DNA of 64,000 nucleotides from Sphaerodactylus townsendi (Eukaryota): NCBI RefSeq assembly GCF_021028975.2, contig NC_059435.1, positions 78,306,001 to 78,370,000 of the forward strand, read 5' to 3'. Shown piece by piece: positions 62,331 to 64,000 of this stretch (position 1 is its first letter; each line of letters starts with the position of its first letter). The notes under the pieces were generated by a model. It saw only the letters and a program-made list of their open reading frames with translations, ran no database searches and was not told where the DNA came from. The position numbers and the translations under genes were made by a program.

Positions 62331-62904
62331 TAAGTAAAATCTGCTACTTCCAAGCAACCGCCCACCCCCACCCCACTGGTTCTGCAGAGGACTTAAAGCA
62401 AACCTTGGCTTTGGTATTGCATTTAACAGCTCTCACAGAAAATGTCAATGTGTTGAACAGCCGAATCAACTGGAAACTGAACTTCTGGGTGCCACAATCA
62501 GTTTTAATTTTAATTTTGCTGTGGGTTGGGAGGAATAGAATAACACAGTGGAACTCAGATGTGAAATTAACAAATTACTTCCATGGCAAACTAAATTTAT
62601 GTTGGTTTGTTTTATACAAAAGCTGACGAGTTACTGGTTTACAAGATGAAGTCAGTGTCTACCTGCAACTATATTGCAGCAATTAAATATAAATAAGGGG
62701 GGGGGGGTTGGGTTTGTGTCACTCCAAAATCAATTAATGACCAATTGAAGAAGTTCTATTGTGATGACACGTTATGATAAAGGTGTGTGTGTGTGTGTTT
62801 GAGAGAGACAGAGACAGAGAGAGAGAAATCTGCATCTGTTTCTAGACATCTAATGAGTGGGACTTCTGGAGACCCTTGAAAGCACGTTGTAGGGAAATTT
62901 GAGG

Positions 62905-63200
62905 AGATTCTACCATCAACATTAAGAGAGAGATCATAAGGATTTTAGATGAGGGATTCCTCGTTGGGCATTTATCCAGACGCACATATGAATTTTTAAA
63001 TCAAACAGAAAATAAAGTCCCACAATTCTATCTTTTACCTAAAATTCATAAAAATGAACTTCCGGTTATATCTGGATGTGGGTCTACTTTTGAACCCCTG
63101 GCCATGTACTGAGATACATATTAAAAAACCTTTCATTTCAAAGATTCCCACATATTTGAAAAACGCTCTAGACTTTTCGGACATATTAGTAAGATCCAGT
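62905..63200 (+). mobile_element. Penelope-like reverse transcriptase fragment
   Basis: Translates VPQFYLLPKIHKNELP-VISGCGSTFEPL and, after a frameshift, KPFISKIPTYLKNALDF, typical of PLE RT. Confidence 0.8.
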
Positions 63201-64000
63201 TGGATATGGAAAAGTGTTGAAAGCAATGAGACAGACCAGCCCCTCCCTGTTGGGTTGGCTCCTGGTGAGCCAATGGGCGAGGCCTCTGCACCCCCAAGTC
63301 CCGCCCACCTCCCTTCAGAATCCCAACTGCCACAGCAGCCTGCAAAGGGGCACCTCAGAGCTCACCTTAACTGTTCCCTGCAGGGCTCTTGTCTCTTGGA
63401 AGATGTCAGCGACGTCCCTGGAAGAGACCATTTACAATCTTCTCCCTGTGGAAGAAAAAGAGCCCTACCTGCCCCCTAGGTATGAAGCCCACCCACCCAC
63501 CTCAGCATCATCCTGCCATTCCGCCAGACACCTCAAGGGGGCTTTCCTAACTGGTTCTCCCTTCATCTGTTTTGATCTATGCAACACCCCTGTGAAGTAG
63601 ACTGGGTCTCAGGTTACCCAATGAACTTTGCGGCCAAGTGAGGATTTGCACCCGCGCCTTCCTGGTGCGAGCCCAGTGCTCTACTTGCTGTATCATACTG
63701 GCGGTCACTTGAAATGTCATATTAGCAATTACTGTTTTGCATTGCAGAGGGTAATATTTTCCTGTCACCGTCTGCTAAGAAGCCCCAAGCCCGACTTCCC
63801 CAGACATCCGTATGACTGGGATCATCATGCTCTGCTGTCATGTCTAGGAGGGAAAGACCAGAGGAACTGGGTTCTAATTCTGTTTCTGTGTCTTCTTTGC
63901 ACAAAAGGTACACATCCACATTCAGACGCTCTGTGAAAAGGGAATTCTGGGGGCAGACTAAAGCCTCGGGCAAAACGATGGGTGTGCCAAAGCTCCAACT

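Overview
Vertebrate genomic DNA, most likely a squamate and probably a gecko, judged from tRNA-derived SINEs with (CTT)n tails, CR1, Penelope and hAT repeats. All genes are on the + strand. In order they are: (1) a KRAB-type C2H2 gene with a frameshifted KRAB-A exon; (2) a REPIN1 orthologue with an intact KRAB domain; (3) ZNF775; (4) a small KRAB-less ZNF gene; (5) a decayed GIMAP pseudogene split by a LINE and an assembly gap; (6) a predicted three-exon, 999-aa gene. This order resembles the mammalian REPIN1-ZNF775-GIMAP locus. Gene 6 is the main finding: a stonustoxin/verrucotoxin-type pore-forming module and two FN3 domains can be spliced in frame to a tail-anchored GIMAP domain whose G1, G3, G4 and arginine-finger motifs are all substituted. 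It is a candidate membrane-anchored pore-former with a pseudo-GTPase domain. All gene models come from reading splice sites and frames by hand, family assignments are from recalled sequences, and no searches were run.
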